The position numbers and the translations under genes are program-made. This document shows, in pieces, positions 44,976 through 56,560 of a DNA stretch of 64,000 nt. This stretch comes from Candidatus Dormiibacterota bacterium (lineage in GTDB: Bacteria; Chloroflexota; Dormibacteria; Aeolococcales; Aeolococcaceae), in NCBI GenBank assembly GCA_036276135.1, contig DATBEL010000096.1:387-64386 (forward strand), read 5' to 3'. The notes below the pieces were generated by a model. It saw only the letters and a list, made by a program, of their open reading frames with translations, was not told the DNA's origin and made no database searches. Position 1 is the stretch's first letter; the number at the start of each line of letters is the position of its first letter.

Positions 44976-45746
44976 TCATCGGACCGGCGCCTCGCGCAGT
45001 GACGGCACCCGGCTGGTCGCCCAGCCGGCTCGGCGCGCGTGTGCGGCGAAACGGACCGCGTCCCGCACCGCACAGCCGTGGCCATCGTTGTTGAAGAACA
45101 CGTGGACATCCTCGTCGACAGCCCAGAGCTCGGCCATCCGGCGCACCCAGCTGCGCAGCGCGGTGTCGCCGTAGCACGTGGGCGGCGTGGCGCGACCCTC
45201 GTGGAGGCGCACGAAGCCCCACGACGAGGTGCGTCGCAGAGGTTGGACCGGCCGCCCCCGCCGATCGGTGAGGCACATCGCTGCGTTGCGATCGCGCAGC
45301 ACCGCGGTCACCTCATCGGTATACCAGCTGGCATGCCGAAACTCGACCGCCACCAGCCACGGCTGCGGAATCTGCGCCAGGACGGCCGCGAGGCGCTCGA
45401 CATCGCACCGCATCGTCGGGGGGAGTTGGAGCAGCAGCGGCCCGGTCTTCGCTGCCAAGGGCGTGGCGCGTTCCAGGAACAGGTTCACCGGGTCGGCCGG
45501 GTCGCGCAGGCGGCGCACGTGCGTGAGGTAGCGGCTCAGCTTCAGCGCGAAACGGAAGTCGGTGGGTGTGCGCTCGGCCCAGCCGGCAAAGGTCTCAGAC
45601 GAGGGTAAGTTGTAGAAGGTGTTGTTGACCTCGACGCACGCGAAGCGCGCCGCATAGTGCTCCAGCCAGCTCCGCTGCGGAAGGTCGCGCGGGTAGAAGA
45701 GGCCTCGCCAGGATGCGTACTGCCAGCCCGACGTCCCGATGAGCAT
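44976..45746 (-). CDS. DUF72 (UPF0759) family protein
   Basis: ATG 45746. IGTSGWQYASWRGLFYP...LEHYAARFACVEVNNTFY is typical of DUF72. Confidence 0.8.
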   Translation of the reverse strand: MLIGTSGWQYASWRGLFYPRDLPQRSWLEHYAARFACVEVNNTFYNLPSSETFAGWAERTPTDFRFALKLSRYLTHVRRLRDPADPVNLFLERATPLAAKTGPLLLQLPPTMRCDVERLAAVLAQIPQPWLVAVEFRHASWYTDEVTAVLRDRNAAMCLTDRRGRPVQPLRRTSSWGFVRLHEGRATPPTCYGDTALRSWVRRMAELWAVDEDVHVFFNNDGHGCAVRDAVRFAAHARRAGWATSRVPSLREAPVR

Positions 45747-45765
45747 CGCCACGGCGCGCCGGCGC

Positions 45766-46482
45766 TCAGCCGAGCGTGCCGGCCGCGGCCGCGTCGAGGA
45801 ACCAGAGCAGCTCGCCGTCGTCCGGCCGGACGCGCGCTGCGGGGGCGGAGCCGTCAATGACGCCGCGCAACGCGGCCGCCTTCTCATTCCCGGTGATGAG
45901 GAAGCCGATGTGTGCTGCGGCGTTGATCGCGGGGAAGGTCATGGTGATGCGGTCGAAGGGCTCGAAGTCCGCGCGCCCGCGAGTGGCCCAGGCGTCGACG
46001 ACGTCGAGCGCCGGCGTCCCAGGGAACAGGGAGGCCGTGTGCCCATCAGCGCCGACGCCGAGAAGCACGACGTCGAGCCGTGGCGGCCTGCCGGACTCGG
46101 CCTCGAGCAGCCGCGAATAGGCGGTGGCGGCGGCATCGAGGTCCGGGCCGCCGGCGTCGATGCGGTGCACGTTCGCGGGGTGTATCGGCACCTTGGAGAG
46201 GAGCGTGTCGTGGACGAGGCGATAGTTGCTGTCGTGGTGGTCCGGCGCAACCGCGCGCTCATCGCTGAAATACACCTGCCATCGCGACCAATCGATGCCG
46301 GACTTGAAGGTCGACGAGGCCAGCGCCTCGTACAGGAACTGTGGCGTGCTCCCTCCCGACAGGGCGATGCGGAACGGGTTGGACCGTGCCGCCTGTTCGG
46401 AGACCCATTGCGCCGCCGCCGCTGCCACGGCGATCCGGTCGGTGAGCACGCGCGCTGCCCCGGGCAGGGCCTCGATGCTCAT
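45766..46482 (-). CDS. pgl: 6-phosphogluconolactonase
   Basis: ALSGGSTP and LGVGADGHTASLFPG. Confidence 0.9.
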   Translation of the reverse strand: MSIEALPGAARVLTDRIAVAAAAAQWVSEQAARSNPFRIALSGGSTPQFLYEALASSTFKSGIDWSRWQVYFSDERAVAPDHHDSNYRLVHDTLLSKVPIHPANVHRIDAGGPDLDAAATAYSRLLEAESGRPPRLDVVLLGVGADGHTASLFPGTPALDVVDAWATRGRADFEPFDRITMTFPAINAAAHIGFLITGNEKAAALRGVIDGSAPAARVRPDDGELLWFLDAAAAGTLG

Positions 46483-47546
46483 CGCGCGGCGGCTGCGAGG
46501 TCCGCCGCGTTGCGCAGGGCGGCGCGATACACGGGGTCCTCGGCGGCGCTCTCCAGCAGGGACCCGACCATGTCGACGCTGTCGACGTCACTGACCGGTA
46601 CGGCGCGCTCCGCATGCATGCCACCCTCCACGTCGATGACGCAGTAGAGCGCCGCACCGCGTCGCTCGACCGTGACCTGGGCGTTCTGGTCTGCGGCGGT
46701 GCAGCGCATCGTCACGCGCGCCAGGTTGGGCGCGGCGACGTTCTCGACCCGGCGCGACGTGGTCACCACCCGTGGGTGGTCGCTCGCTGCCTTCCAGCCG
46801 AGCCGGCTGGCCATCCACCCCGCCAGCAGCCACGCCTGCGCCGAGACACGGTCGCCGCTGCATTCGACGTCCACGCGGGTGATGCCGTACAGGAAGCGTC
46901 GCATCGCCTCTCCATCGAAGGACTGGGCGACGAGCTGGCGCCAGGTTCGAGTGCGTTCCCAACCGACGTCTGACACCGCGAGCGCGTCACCGACCACGTC
47001 GAGCTCCTCGGCGAGCAGCCGCAGGGCGCCGGCGTCATCGTCGTAGGCGCCGGTGTCGAGGATCAGCCTCTCGCAGATGGCCACGGCGTCCTGGCCGAAG
47101 GCCTGTCGCAATGGCGGTGAGCCAACCAGCCAGAGGTAGGTGGGGATGTCGGGGACGAGCAACGGGGTCACCACGCTGGCGAGGTGGTACGCGGCCTCAC
47201 CGCCGACGACCATGCGCACCTGTTCCGCACACACCTGGGCGGCGTCGACCGCCGAGCACTGCAGGGAGACGTCCGCCTCCATCTGGGGTTTGCCATCCGG
47301 CTCGGCGAGGACGACGATCGCGCGCACCGGATGCTTGGCGCCGAGCCTGCCGATCGCCCTGGTGGCGAGGTCGGCACTGTCGCCGTCGACACATGCGGCC
47401 ACCAGGTTGAGCACGGACAGACGCACCGCGGCGCCCTCGCTTCTGCTGCCGACGCGCAGTATCTCGTGGTGCATGTCGTTGAGGGCGCGGTTGACGGCAT
47501 GCAGCCCGCTGGCGTGCGCAAAGTCCCGCGCATCGACCGCGCTCAT
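46479..47546 (-). CDS. opcA: Glucose-6-phosphate dehydrogenase assembly protein OpcA
   Basis: ATG 47546 lies 1 nt after the zwf stop. The gene sits between zwf and pgl. LLVPDIPTYLWLVG is typical of OpcA. The track ORF extension is rejected. Confidence 0.75.
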   Translation of the reverse strand: MSAVDARDFAHASGLHAVNRALNDMHHEILRVGSRSEGAAVRLSVLNLVAACVDGDSADLATRAIGRLGAKHPVRAIVVLAEPDGKPQMEADVSLQCSAVDAAQVCAEQVRMVVGGEAAYHLASVVTPLLVPDIPTYLWLVGSPPLRQAFGQDAVAICERLILDTGAYDDDAGALRLLAEELDVVGDALAVSDVGWERTRTWRQLVAQSFDGEAMRRFLYGITRVDVECSGDRVSAQAWLLAGWMASRLGWKAASDHPRVVTTSRRVENVAAPNLARVTMRCTAADQNAQVTVERRGAALYCVIDVEGGMHAERAVPVSDVDSVDMVGSLLESAAEDPVYRAALRNAADLAAAAR

Positions 47547-47547
47547 C

Positions 47548-49148
47548 TCAGAGCCGGCGCCACTGGCGTCCGTCGCGGGCCATGAAGTCACGGGCTTCGT
47601 GGGGGCCCCACGTGCCCGATTCGTAGTTGGGCGTTCCCTTGAGGTCGGGCGGATGGGCGCGCCAGCCGTCGAGGATCGCAGTGCAGATGCGCCAGGCCTC
47701 CTCAACCTCGTCCTCGCGGGCGAACAGCGTGTTGTCGCCGAGCATGCAGTCGAGCAGCAGCCGCTCATACGCCTCCGGCGACGCGGTCAGGAACGCGCTG
47801 CCGTAGAGGAAGTCCATGTTGACGGTGCGGATCCGCAGCGACTGGCCGGGCACCTTGGCGCTGAAGCGCAGCGTGATCCCCTCGTCGGGCTGAATGCGCA
47901 GCACCAGCAGGTTGGGATCGATGCTGTCCTTGGGGAGGATGCCGGCCGGGGTGGCCACCTGGCCACCGAAGGGCGAATGCGGGACGCGACGGAACTGGAT
48001 GGCGATCTCCGTCGCCCGTTTGGGCAGCCGTTTGCCGGTGCGCAGGTAGAACGGTGTCCCGGCCCACCGCCAGTTGTCGACATCGAGCTTCATGGCGACA
48101 TAGGTCTCGCGGAGGGAATCACGGGCGACTTCGGGCTCGTCGCGATAGGCGGGCACCTGCTCACCGTCGACCCAGCCTGCGGCGTACTGGCCGCGCACGG
48201 TATGCGAGAGCGCGTCGTCGGGATGGATGGGACGCACCGCGCGGAGCAGCTTGACCTTCTCGTCGCGCACCGTCTCGCCCTGCATCTTGCTCGGAGCCTC
48301 CATCCCCACGATCGCCATCAGCTGGATGACGTGGTTCTGGATGATGTCGCGCAGCGCGCCGGACTCCTCGTAATACGCCCCGCGACCCTCGACGCCGATG
48401 CTCTCGGCGACGGTGATCTGCACGTGGTCGATGTACTGGCGATTCCACAGTGGCTCGAAGATGCCGTTGGCGAATCGGAATACGAGCAGGTTCTGCACCG
48501 TCTCCTTGCCGAGGTAGTGGTCGATCCGGTAGATCTGTTCCTCGCTGAACGCGTTGTGCAGCTTGCGGTTGAGCTCGCGGGCGCTGGCGAGGTCACGGCC
48601 GAACGGCTTCTCGATGATCATGCGACGGAAGCCGGTTCCGTCCTCGCGCGTCAGGCCGGCGCTGCCGAGGTGCTCGGCCAGCGGTGCGAAACCGCTCGGC
48701 GGAATCGAGAAGTAGAAGATGCGGTTGCCCGCGGTGCCCCGCTCGCGGTCGAGCTCGTCGAGCGTCTGCTTCAGGTGCGCGAGCCCCTTGTCGGCGTCGA
48801 GGTCGTAGGCGCAGTACCGCATCCCGTCGGCGAACACCCGCCACACGTCATCGCGGAGCGCCACCCGGGAGAAGCGGCTCACCGCCTCCCGCATCGCCGT
48901 GCGGAACTCGTCGTCGGACTGCTCGCTTCGTCCCGCGCCGACGATGCAGAAACCCGGTGGCAGCTGACCGTCGGCGGCCAGCGCGTACAGGGCCGGCACC
49001 AGCTTGCGCTTGGTGAGGTCGCCAGTGGCCCCGAAGATGACCAGCACGCACGGCAGCGGCAGGCGACCCTGGCGCAGACCCTCCGAGAGCGCGTTGCCCT
49101 CGGGCGCCTCAGCGTCCGGCGCGACCTCCGTGTCCACGGCGATGTCGG

Positions 49149-49152
<4 letters not shown>
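47548..49152 (-). CDS. zwf: Glucose-6-phosphate 1-dehydrogenase
   Basis: GTG 49152 overlaps the gnd stop (GTGA). Motifs are VIFGATGDLTKRKL and RIDHYLGKE (active site). Confidence 0.9.
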
Positions 49153-50083
<931 letters not shown>

Positions 50084-50084
<1 letters not shown>

Positions 50085-52924
50085 CAGCGTGCTCCCGTGG
50101 CCGCATGGATGACGGCGTCGGTGAGCCGGCTCAGGCCCACGGCGAGGTCGCCGCCGATGTGCAGGCGGATCACCCGACGCCCATGATCACGCAGCGATTG
50201 CAGGTCACCCTGAGCCTGTGCCTGCTTGAGGATCGAGAACGTGAACGGTTGCCCGGGGATGGGCACGTCGACGGCGTCGTCGGTGGTGACCTGGATGTAC
50301 AGGCCTGTGTCGGGGCCACCCTTGTGCAGCTGGCCGGTGCTGTGCAGGAAGCGGGGACCGAAGCCGAGGGTGGTGGCCACCCGGTGCTCGTCGCGGATGG
50401 CGGCGCGCAACCGCTGCAGGGCGGCCTCGTTCTCGCTGTTGGGCGTGACGTAGGCCATCAGCGCCACGTAGTCGTGGGGGCGCGCCTGGGACAGGAAATC
50501 GGTCAGGACGCTGTCGATATCCCCGTTGCCCTGCGAACCGAACACCGAGATGCCGTCGTCGCTGGCGGTGGCGGACTCACCCGCGAGGCTGCCGTTGCGC
50601 TCGTAGCGGTCGAGCACCTTGCGCGTGTTGTCCTTGGACTCCTGGACGTTGGGCTCGTCAAAGGGATCGATGCCCAGCGCGGCGCCCACCACCGCGGTGG
50701 CGAACTCCCACTGGAAGAACTGGGCACCGAGGTCGAACAGGTCGTCGAGCTGCACCGCCACCTCGGGGATGCGCGCGCTGCGCAGGGCGCCGACCTCTGC
50801 GTCGAACTCGGTGTCGTCGTCGCGCACACGGAGAACGGTGAGGATGCGGTCGTCGCCGTAGACGGCCGGTTCGCCGATCGGCTCGTCCCCGATCGGGATC
50901 AACCCCTTGCCCTCCTTGCCGGTGCTCTCGGCGATGAGCTGCTCGGCCCACAGCGAGAACGCCGCGATGCGCGGTGGCGCCAGGATGGTCACCTTGTCGC
51001 TGCCGCTGCGTTGCAGCATGCCGAGGACGGTCCCGAGTGCCAGGCCGGGGTTGAGGTCCACCGGCACTCCGGGGCGGCACTGCGCGCGCATCTGCCCGGC
51101 GCGGTCGAGGAATTCCTCGAGGTCGATGCCGATCACCGCAGCGGGCACGAGGCCGAAGAAGCTCAGCGCGGAGTAGCGACCGCCGATGTCGGGCGGGTTC
51201 TCGAAGAGGTGGCGGAACTTACGCTCGCGTGCGGTCTGTGACAGCGGGGAGCCGGGGTCGGTGATGCAGATGAAATGCTGTCCCGCATCGAGGCTGCCGC
51301 TGGCGTTGGTCCACTCCCAGAAATGGGCGAGGTGACTGAGCGTCTCCAACGTCGTGCCTGACTTGGACGACACGATGAACAGCGACGTGCGGGGGTCGAG
51401 GCGCTCGGTCAGCTGCGCGATCGCCGCCGGGTCGGTGGTGTCGAGCACGTGCAGCTCGGGCTGGCCGGCGGCACTGCCGAATGTGCTGCGCAGCACCTCG
51501 GGACAGAGGCTGCTGCCACCCATGCCGAGGAGCACACAGTTGCGGAAGCCGGCCTCGCGGACCTCATCGGTGAGGCCGATCAACCGGGGCAATTCCTTAC
51601 GCATGACGTCGGTCACGTCGAGCCAGCCGAGGCGGTTGCCGATCACCTTGGCGTGGTCGGGGTCGCCGGGCTTCCAGAGGTCGGCGTCACCATCCCAGAT
51701 GCGCCTGGCCACCTCCGCAGTGCTGGGGCCGGCGACCGCGGCGCGCACCGAGTCGGTGCTGGCGGCCAGGTCGAGGCGTAGGCGCGAACCATAACCGCGG
51801 TGCATCGAGTCGACCTTCTCGGCGATGCCCCGGATCAGCTGGTTGTACGAGTCGGCGAACGACTTGACGCCCGCGGCGAGCAGGTCGGCGGTCACCCTGT
51901 CCATGTCGATGCCGGCCTCGGCAAGCTGCTCCATGACGCGATGCGCCCCGTCGATGTCCTCCCTGACCGTGGCCCCGGCGACGACACCGTGGTCGCGGAA
52001 TGCCTCGATGGTCGCCGGCGGCATGGTGTCGACGGTGTCGGGGCCGATGAGCGCCTCCGCGTACACCACGTCGCGGTACTTGGGATTCTTGGCGCTGGTG
52101 CTCGCCCACAGCGGACGTTGCACGTGCGCGCCCCCAGCGGCGAGCTTGGCGAACGGCTCGCCGCGGAAGTAGCTCTCGAACTTCTCGTAGGCCAGCCGTG
52201 CGTTGGCGATCGCCGCCTTGCCGAACAGGTCCTCGATGACCGCGTTGCCGGGGTCGGCCGCGAGCTTCTCCTGGAGCAGCTTGTCGACTGCGGTGTCGAC
52301 GCGGCTGACGAAGAACGAGCCCACCGAATGCCCGTCGGGCGACTCACCCGCCGCGACTCGGGCGCCGAGCGCGTCGAGGTACGCGTGGATGACGTCGTCG
52401 TACGCGGAGAGTGCGAAGACGAGTGTGACGTTGATGTTGACACCCGCCGTCAGCGCGTTCCTGATCGCCGGCACGCCCTCTGGTGTCGCCGGGATCTTGA
52501 CCATCAGGTTGGGGCGGTCGACCCGCTTCCAGTAGTCGAGGGCAAGATCGATGCTGCGTGCGGTGCTGTGGGCGGCGTCGGGCGACACCTCGAGGCTGAC
52601 GAAGCCGTCAGCGCCGTTGGTGCGTTCGTGGACCGGCCGCAGGGCGTCGGCGGCGGCGCGGATGTCCCTGATGGCAAGCTCGAGGAAGATGTCGTTGGGA
52701 TCGTCCACCCCCGACGCCAGCAGCTCGCGGATCTGGTCGTCGTAGGCCTCGCCCTCGGCGATGGCCTTCTGGAAGATGGTGGGGTTGCTGGTCATGCCGG
52801 TGACGTTGTCCTCGGCGATCATCCGGCGCAGCTCCCCGGTGGTCAGCAGCTCGCGGCTGATGAAATCGAGCCAGACCGACTGACCCTGTTCGGCGAGCTG
52901 CTGGAGCGGGTTCGCCGCGGCCAT
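50084..52924 (-). CDS. Bifunctional transaldolase / glucose-6-phosphate isomerase fusion
   Basis: The N-terminal ~370 aa are transaldolase (TSNPTIF, and MVKIPAT with the Schiff-base Lys). They continue in the same frame into a PGI (LLGMGGSSL, SSKSGTTLET). Total length is 946 aa. Confidence 0.85.
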
Positions 52925-54816
52925 CAGCGTGCCCCGGCCGTGGCGCCGGTGCGCACCGCCGCGACGATGGCGTCGGCGTCGATGCCGGCTGCGGCCATGA
53001 GCTCGGCAGGCGTCCCGGACCCGGGCAGCTGTCGCACCGCCAGGTGAGTGACCCGGGGACGCTCCTCATCGCCGGCAAGCGCCTCGAGGACGGCGGCGGC
53101 GAGGCCACCCTCCGGGTAGTGGTCCTCGACGATGACCAGGTTGCCTTCCGTGTCGCGCACCGCCTCGCGAAGCGTGGCGACGTCGACGGGCTTGACCGAG
53201 TACAGGTCGATGACGCGGCAGCGGGTGCCTTCGGCGTCGAGCCGTGTGGCGGCGTCGAGGCAGTGGTGGACGGTGACGCCGGCGCCGATCAGGGTCACGG
53301 AGTCCGCGTCGCTGCGTCGCAACACCTTCGAGCCACCGACCTCGAAGCTCTCATCGTTGTCATACAGCGTGGGATACGCACCGCGTGTGGTGCGCAGGTA
53401 GACGATGCCGTCCGCTTGCGCCATGCACGCGACCAGCTTTGCCGCCGACACCGGGTCGCTCGGATAGAGGACGGTGGACGTGTGGATGGCGCGCAGGCTT
53501 GCCAGGTCCTCGAGCGCCATCTGCGAGGGGCCGTCAGCCCCGATCTCGCAGCCGGCGTGCGACCCTGAGAGCCGGATGTTCGCGCCCGACACCCCCGCCA
53601 TGCGCACGAAGTCATACGCGCGGCTGAAGAAGGCGGCGAACGTCGATGCGAAGGGCACCAGGCGGCGCACCGACATGCCCACGGCTGCCGCGACCAGCTG
53701 CTGCTCGGCGATGTACATCTCGAAGAAGCGGTCCGGGTACGCCTTCTTGAACTCGTCGGCGTGGGTCGAGTTGCTCACCTCACCGTCCAGCGCGACCACG
53801 TCCGGGCGCGCTCCGAGCGCAACCAGCGCGTCGCCATATGCCTTGCGTGTGGCCACCTTGTCGTCCCTGGAGTAGGTGGGCAGCGAGATGGTCACTCCCG
53901 CGCCGCCGCGGCGCACCGCCGAGTCACCCGCTTCCGGGACCGGCGTGTCGACACGCAGGTGGCGGATGCCGCCGAGCTCGGCGATGGCCCGCTCAGCCAT
54001 GTCCGGTGGCAGCGCCTTGCCGTGCCAGCCGTCCTTGTCCTCGATCTCGCTGAACCCCTTGCCCTTGATGGTGCGTGCCAGCACCACGGTGGGCCGTTCG
54101 CGCTCCGCCCGCGCTCGTCCCAGGGCGTCGTCGATCTGCTTGACGTCGTGGCCGTCGATGACCAGCGCGCGGCAGCCGAACGCTTCGACCCGGCTCTGGT
54201 AGGCGGCGAGGTTCCACTCCAACTCGGTCGGTCCGCGCTGGCCGAGCCGGTTGACGTCGACGATCGCGGTGAAGTTGCTGAGCCCGTAGTGAGCGGCCTT
54301 GTCGAAGCCTTCCCAGATCGAGCCCTCGGCCATCTCCGAGTCGCCGCAGAGCGCCCAGACGTGGAAGGGCAGCCGGTCGACAGCCCGGCCGGCCAGGGCC
54401 ACGCCGACAGCGATCGGCATCCCCTGGCCCAGGGACCCGGTGGCCACGTCGACCCAGGGGAGAAGCGGGGTGGGGTGCCCCTGCAGGCGCGAGCCGCGAG
54501 TGCGGTAGGTCATCAGCTCCGCGTCGTCGATCGCGCCGCACGCCTTGAAGACGGCATACACGAGGGGAGAGGCGTGGCCCTTCGAGAAGATGAGGTGGTC
54601 GTTGTTGTCGAGCGCGGGGTTCTGCCAGTCGTAGTGGAGGTGGCGGGCGATGAGCACGGCGAGGAGGTCGCTCGCCGACATGCTCGAGGTCGGGTGCCCT
54701 GAACCGGCCTTGGTGCTGGCCCGGATGCCGTCGACCCGCAGCTGATTGCCGAGGTCGCGCATGAACGCGACGTCCTCGGCAGTCAGGCGCTCATCAACAC
54801 TGCCTGTCACCGCCAT
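52924..54816 (-). CDS. tkt: Transketolase
   Basis: ATG 54816 lies 8 nt after GGAGG. Motifs are GSGHPTSSMSA, GSLGQGMP and GDSEMAEGS (ThDP motif). Confidence 0.9.
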   Translation of the reverse strand: MAVTGSVDERLTAEDVAFMRDLGNQLRVDGIRASTKAGSGHPTSSMSASDLLAVLIARHLHYDWQNPALDNNDHLIFSKGHASPLVYAVFKACGAIDDAELMTYRTRGSRLQGHPTPLLPWVDVATGSLGQGMPIAVGVALAGRAVDRLPFHVWALCGDSEMAEGSIWEGFDKAAHYGLSNFTAIVDVNRLGQRGPTELEWNLAAYQSRVEAFGCRALVIDGHDVKQIDDALGRARAERERPTVVLARTIKGKGFSEIEDKDGWHGKALPPDMAERAIAELGGIRHLRVDTPVPEAGDSAVRRGGAGVTISLPTYSRDDKVATRKAYGDALVALGARPDVVALDGEVSNSTHADEFKKAYPDRFFEMYIAEQQLVAAAVGMSVRRLVPFASTFAAFFSRAYDFVRMAGVSGANIRLSGSHAGCEIGADGPSQMALEDLASLRAIHTSTVLYPSDPVSAAKLVACMAQADGIVYLRTTRGAYPTLYDNDESFEVGGSKVLRRSDADSVTLIGAGVTVHHCLDAATRLDAEGTRCRVIDLYSVKPVDVATLREAVRDTEGNLVIVEDHYPEGGLAAAVLEALAGDEERPRVTHLAVRQLPGSGTPAELMAAAGIDADAIVAAVRTGATAGAR

Positions 54817-54938
54817 GATCACGACCTCCGGGCTTGCTGTTGGTCCCTCCATCATGGCTCGCGGGTCGCCGGCGGCGCAGCCGCGCATGGGGCGCGAACG
54901 CCAGTTGGAGTGTCGGGGGAGGTGTACACTCGCAAGCC

Positions 54939-54957
54939 GTTCCCTGATCAGGGGAAC
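54939..54957. repeat. Inverted repeat GTTCCC-TGATCAG-GGGAAC between the tkt promoter region and tRNA-Arg
   Basis: The 6-bp arms lie at 54939-54944 and 54952-54957. The core CCTGATCAGG (54943-54952) is a perfect palindrome. A second palindrome, GTGTACAC, lies at 54922-54929. Confidence 0.4.
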
Positions 54958-54960
54958 CGC

Positions 54961-55038
<78 letters not shown>

Positions 55039-55084
55039 CTCCGTCCGTGACGCCGGCGACCATCGCCTACACTTCGCGTCCGAC

Positions 55085-55483
55085 ATGAAAGGAGTCACCC
55101 GTGCCGCCGCGGCCATCGGTGCGGCGGTGGCCGGCATCGGGGCGGCGATCTTCCTCTTGCCCCGCCACCGCGCGCGCCGGCAGTCGGCGGCAGGGGTGGC
55201 CAAGCGGCAGACGGCGCACGTGGCGGCGCTGGTCGGCGTCAGGACCGCCAGCCGCCGCGAGACCGAGCTCGTCGACGGCGTGCGCGCCGAGCTGGACCAG
55301 CGGTTCGGCGAGGAATCCGCCGAGGTCGGCGTCAGCGCACACAAGGGCACCATCACCCTGCGCGGCGAGGTGGCGCGGCTCGACGCCATCGACGCGTTCG
55401 AGGACGCCGCCCGGTCGGTCGCCGGGGTGAGCGACGTCAACAACCTGCTCCGCCTGGTGGCCGCAGCTCGCGCCACTCGGTGA
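55085..55483 (+). CDS. Membrane-anchored BON-domain protein
   Basis: N-terminal TM helix (AAAAIGAAVAGIGAAIFLL). The BON domain is VSAHKGTITLRGEVARLDAIDAFEDAARSVAGVSDVNNLL. Confidence 0.75.
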   Translation: MKGVTRAAAAIGAAVAGIGAAIFLLPRHRARRQSAAGVAKRQTAHVAALVGVRTASRRETELVDGVRAELDQRFGEESAEVGVSAHKGTITLRGEVARLDAIDAFEDAARSVAGVSDVNNLLRLVAAARATR

Positions 55484-56520
55484 GCCTGCCGTTCTCGCCG
55501 CCACTGGAGCCGATGCTGGCCAAGGCGGCGGAGGAGATCCCGGTGGGGCCGAGCTGGCGGTACGAACCGAAGTGGGACGGTTTCCGTGCGGTCGTCTTCC
55601 GGGACGGCGAGGACATCGTCGTGGGCAGCCGCAAGGGCCAGCCGCTGCAGCGCTTCTTCCCCGAGATCCTCGACCCGTTGCGTGAAGCGCTGCCGCAGCG
55701 CGCGGTGGTCGACGGCGAGATCGTCATCGCCACCCCACACGGCCTTGACTTCGACGCGTTGCAGATGCGCCTGCACCCGGCGGCCTCCCGGGTGGCGAGG
55801 CTGGCCGGGGAGACGCCGGCCACGGTGGTGCTCTTCGACCTCCTCGCCGACGCCGACCAGGACCTCCGCGGCCTCCCGCTGAGCACCCGACGCGAGCTGC
55901 TGCTCGGGGCGGTCACGCCCAACCCGCGAGCCGCGTTGACGCCGCAGACCGCAGACATGGACGAGGCGCGCGACTGGTTCACGCGCTACGAGGGGGCTGG
56001 GCTCGACGGCCTCATCGCCAAGCCCGAGAACAGCACCTACCGGCCCGGCGAACGAGGCTGGGTGAAGATCAAGCACCTGCGGACCGTTGACTGCGTGGTC
56101 GGCGGCTTCCGCCTCGAGGCGAAGACCGAGGTGGTCGGTTCGCTGCTGCTCGGCCTCTACGACGGCGACGGCGTGTTCCACCACGTCGGTCACACGTCCT
56201 CCTTCTCCGCCAAGGAGAAGCGCGAGCTGCTGACCACCCTGGCGCCGCTGCGCGGGGGCGGGAGCTTCGGGGGCGGGCGCACGCCCGGCGCGCCGAGCCG
56301 CTGGACACGCGACAAGGACGCCGAGTGGGTTGCGTTGACGCCGACGCTGGTCTGTGAGGTGTCGTTCGACCACCTGCAGGGGCAGCGCTTTCGCCACGCG
56401 GCGCGATTCCTGCGCTGGCGCGAGGATCGCGACCCGCTCACCTGCACCTACGACCAGCTCACGCCCGTTGACGCCTTCCGGCTCAACGACATCGTCGATC
56501 TCCCCGACGCGCAGGCATAA
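55480..56520 (+). CDS. ligC: ATP-dependent DNA ligase, minimal LigC-like (adenylation plus OB domains)
   Basis: The GTG overlaps the BON stop (GTGA). Motif I is EPKWDGFR (KxDG). Other motifs are VVLFDLL, DGLIAK and WVKIK, with a C-terminal OB fold (FLRWREDRDP). Confidence 0.85.
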   Translation: MSLPFSPPLEPMLAKAAEEIPVGPSWRYEPKWDGFRAVVFRDGEDIVVGSRKGQPLQRFFPEILDPLREALPQRAVVDGEIVIATPHGLDFDALQMRLHPAASRVARLAGETPATVVLFDLLADADQDLRGLPLSTRRELLLGAVTPNPRAALTPQTADMDEARDWFTRYEGAGLDGLIAKPENSTYRPGERGWVKIKHLRTVDCVVGGFRLEAKTEVVGSLLLGLYDGDGVFHHVGHTSSFSAKEKRELLTTLAPLRGGGSFGGGRTPGAPSRWTRDKDAEWVALTPTLVCEVSFDHLQGQRFRHAARFLRWREDRDPLTCTYDQLTPVDAFRLNDIVDLPDAQA

Positions 56521-56535
56521 CCGGCGACGCGCTCT

Positions 56536-56547
56536 GCCGGTACCGGC
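56536..56547. repeat. Perfect 12-nt palindrome GCCGGTACCGGC in the ligase-TopIB spacer
   Basis: Read directly from the sequence. It lies 14 nt upstream of the TopIB GTG start. Confidence 0.5.
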
Positions 56548-56560
56548 CACCTAGCATCGC

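Noticed and set aside
55101-55430. Alternative ORF starting at a GTG preceded by a strong AAGGAG
   Set aside because: Its product is Arg/Trp/Pro-rich nonsense. The overlapping frame from ATG 55085 gives a TM helix plus a clean BON domain and couples to the ligase start. The AAGGAG is simply codons 2-3 of that gene.
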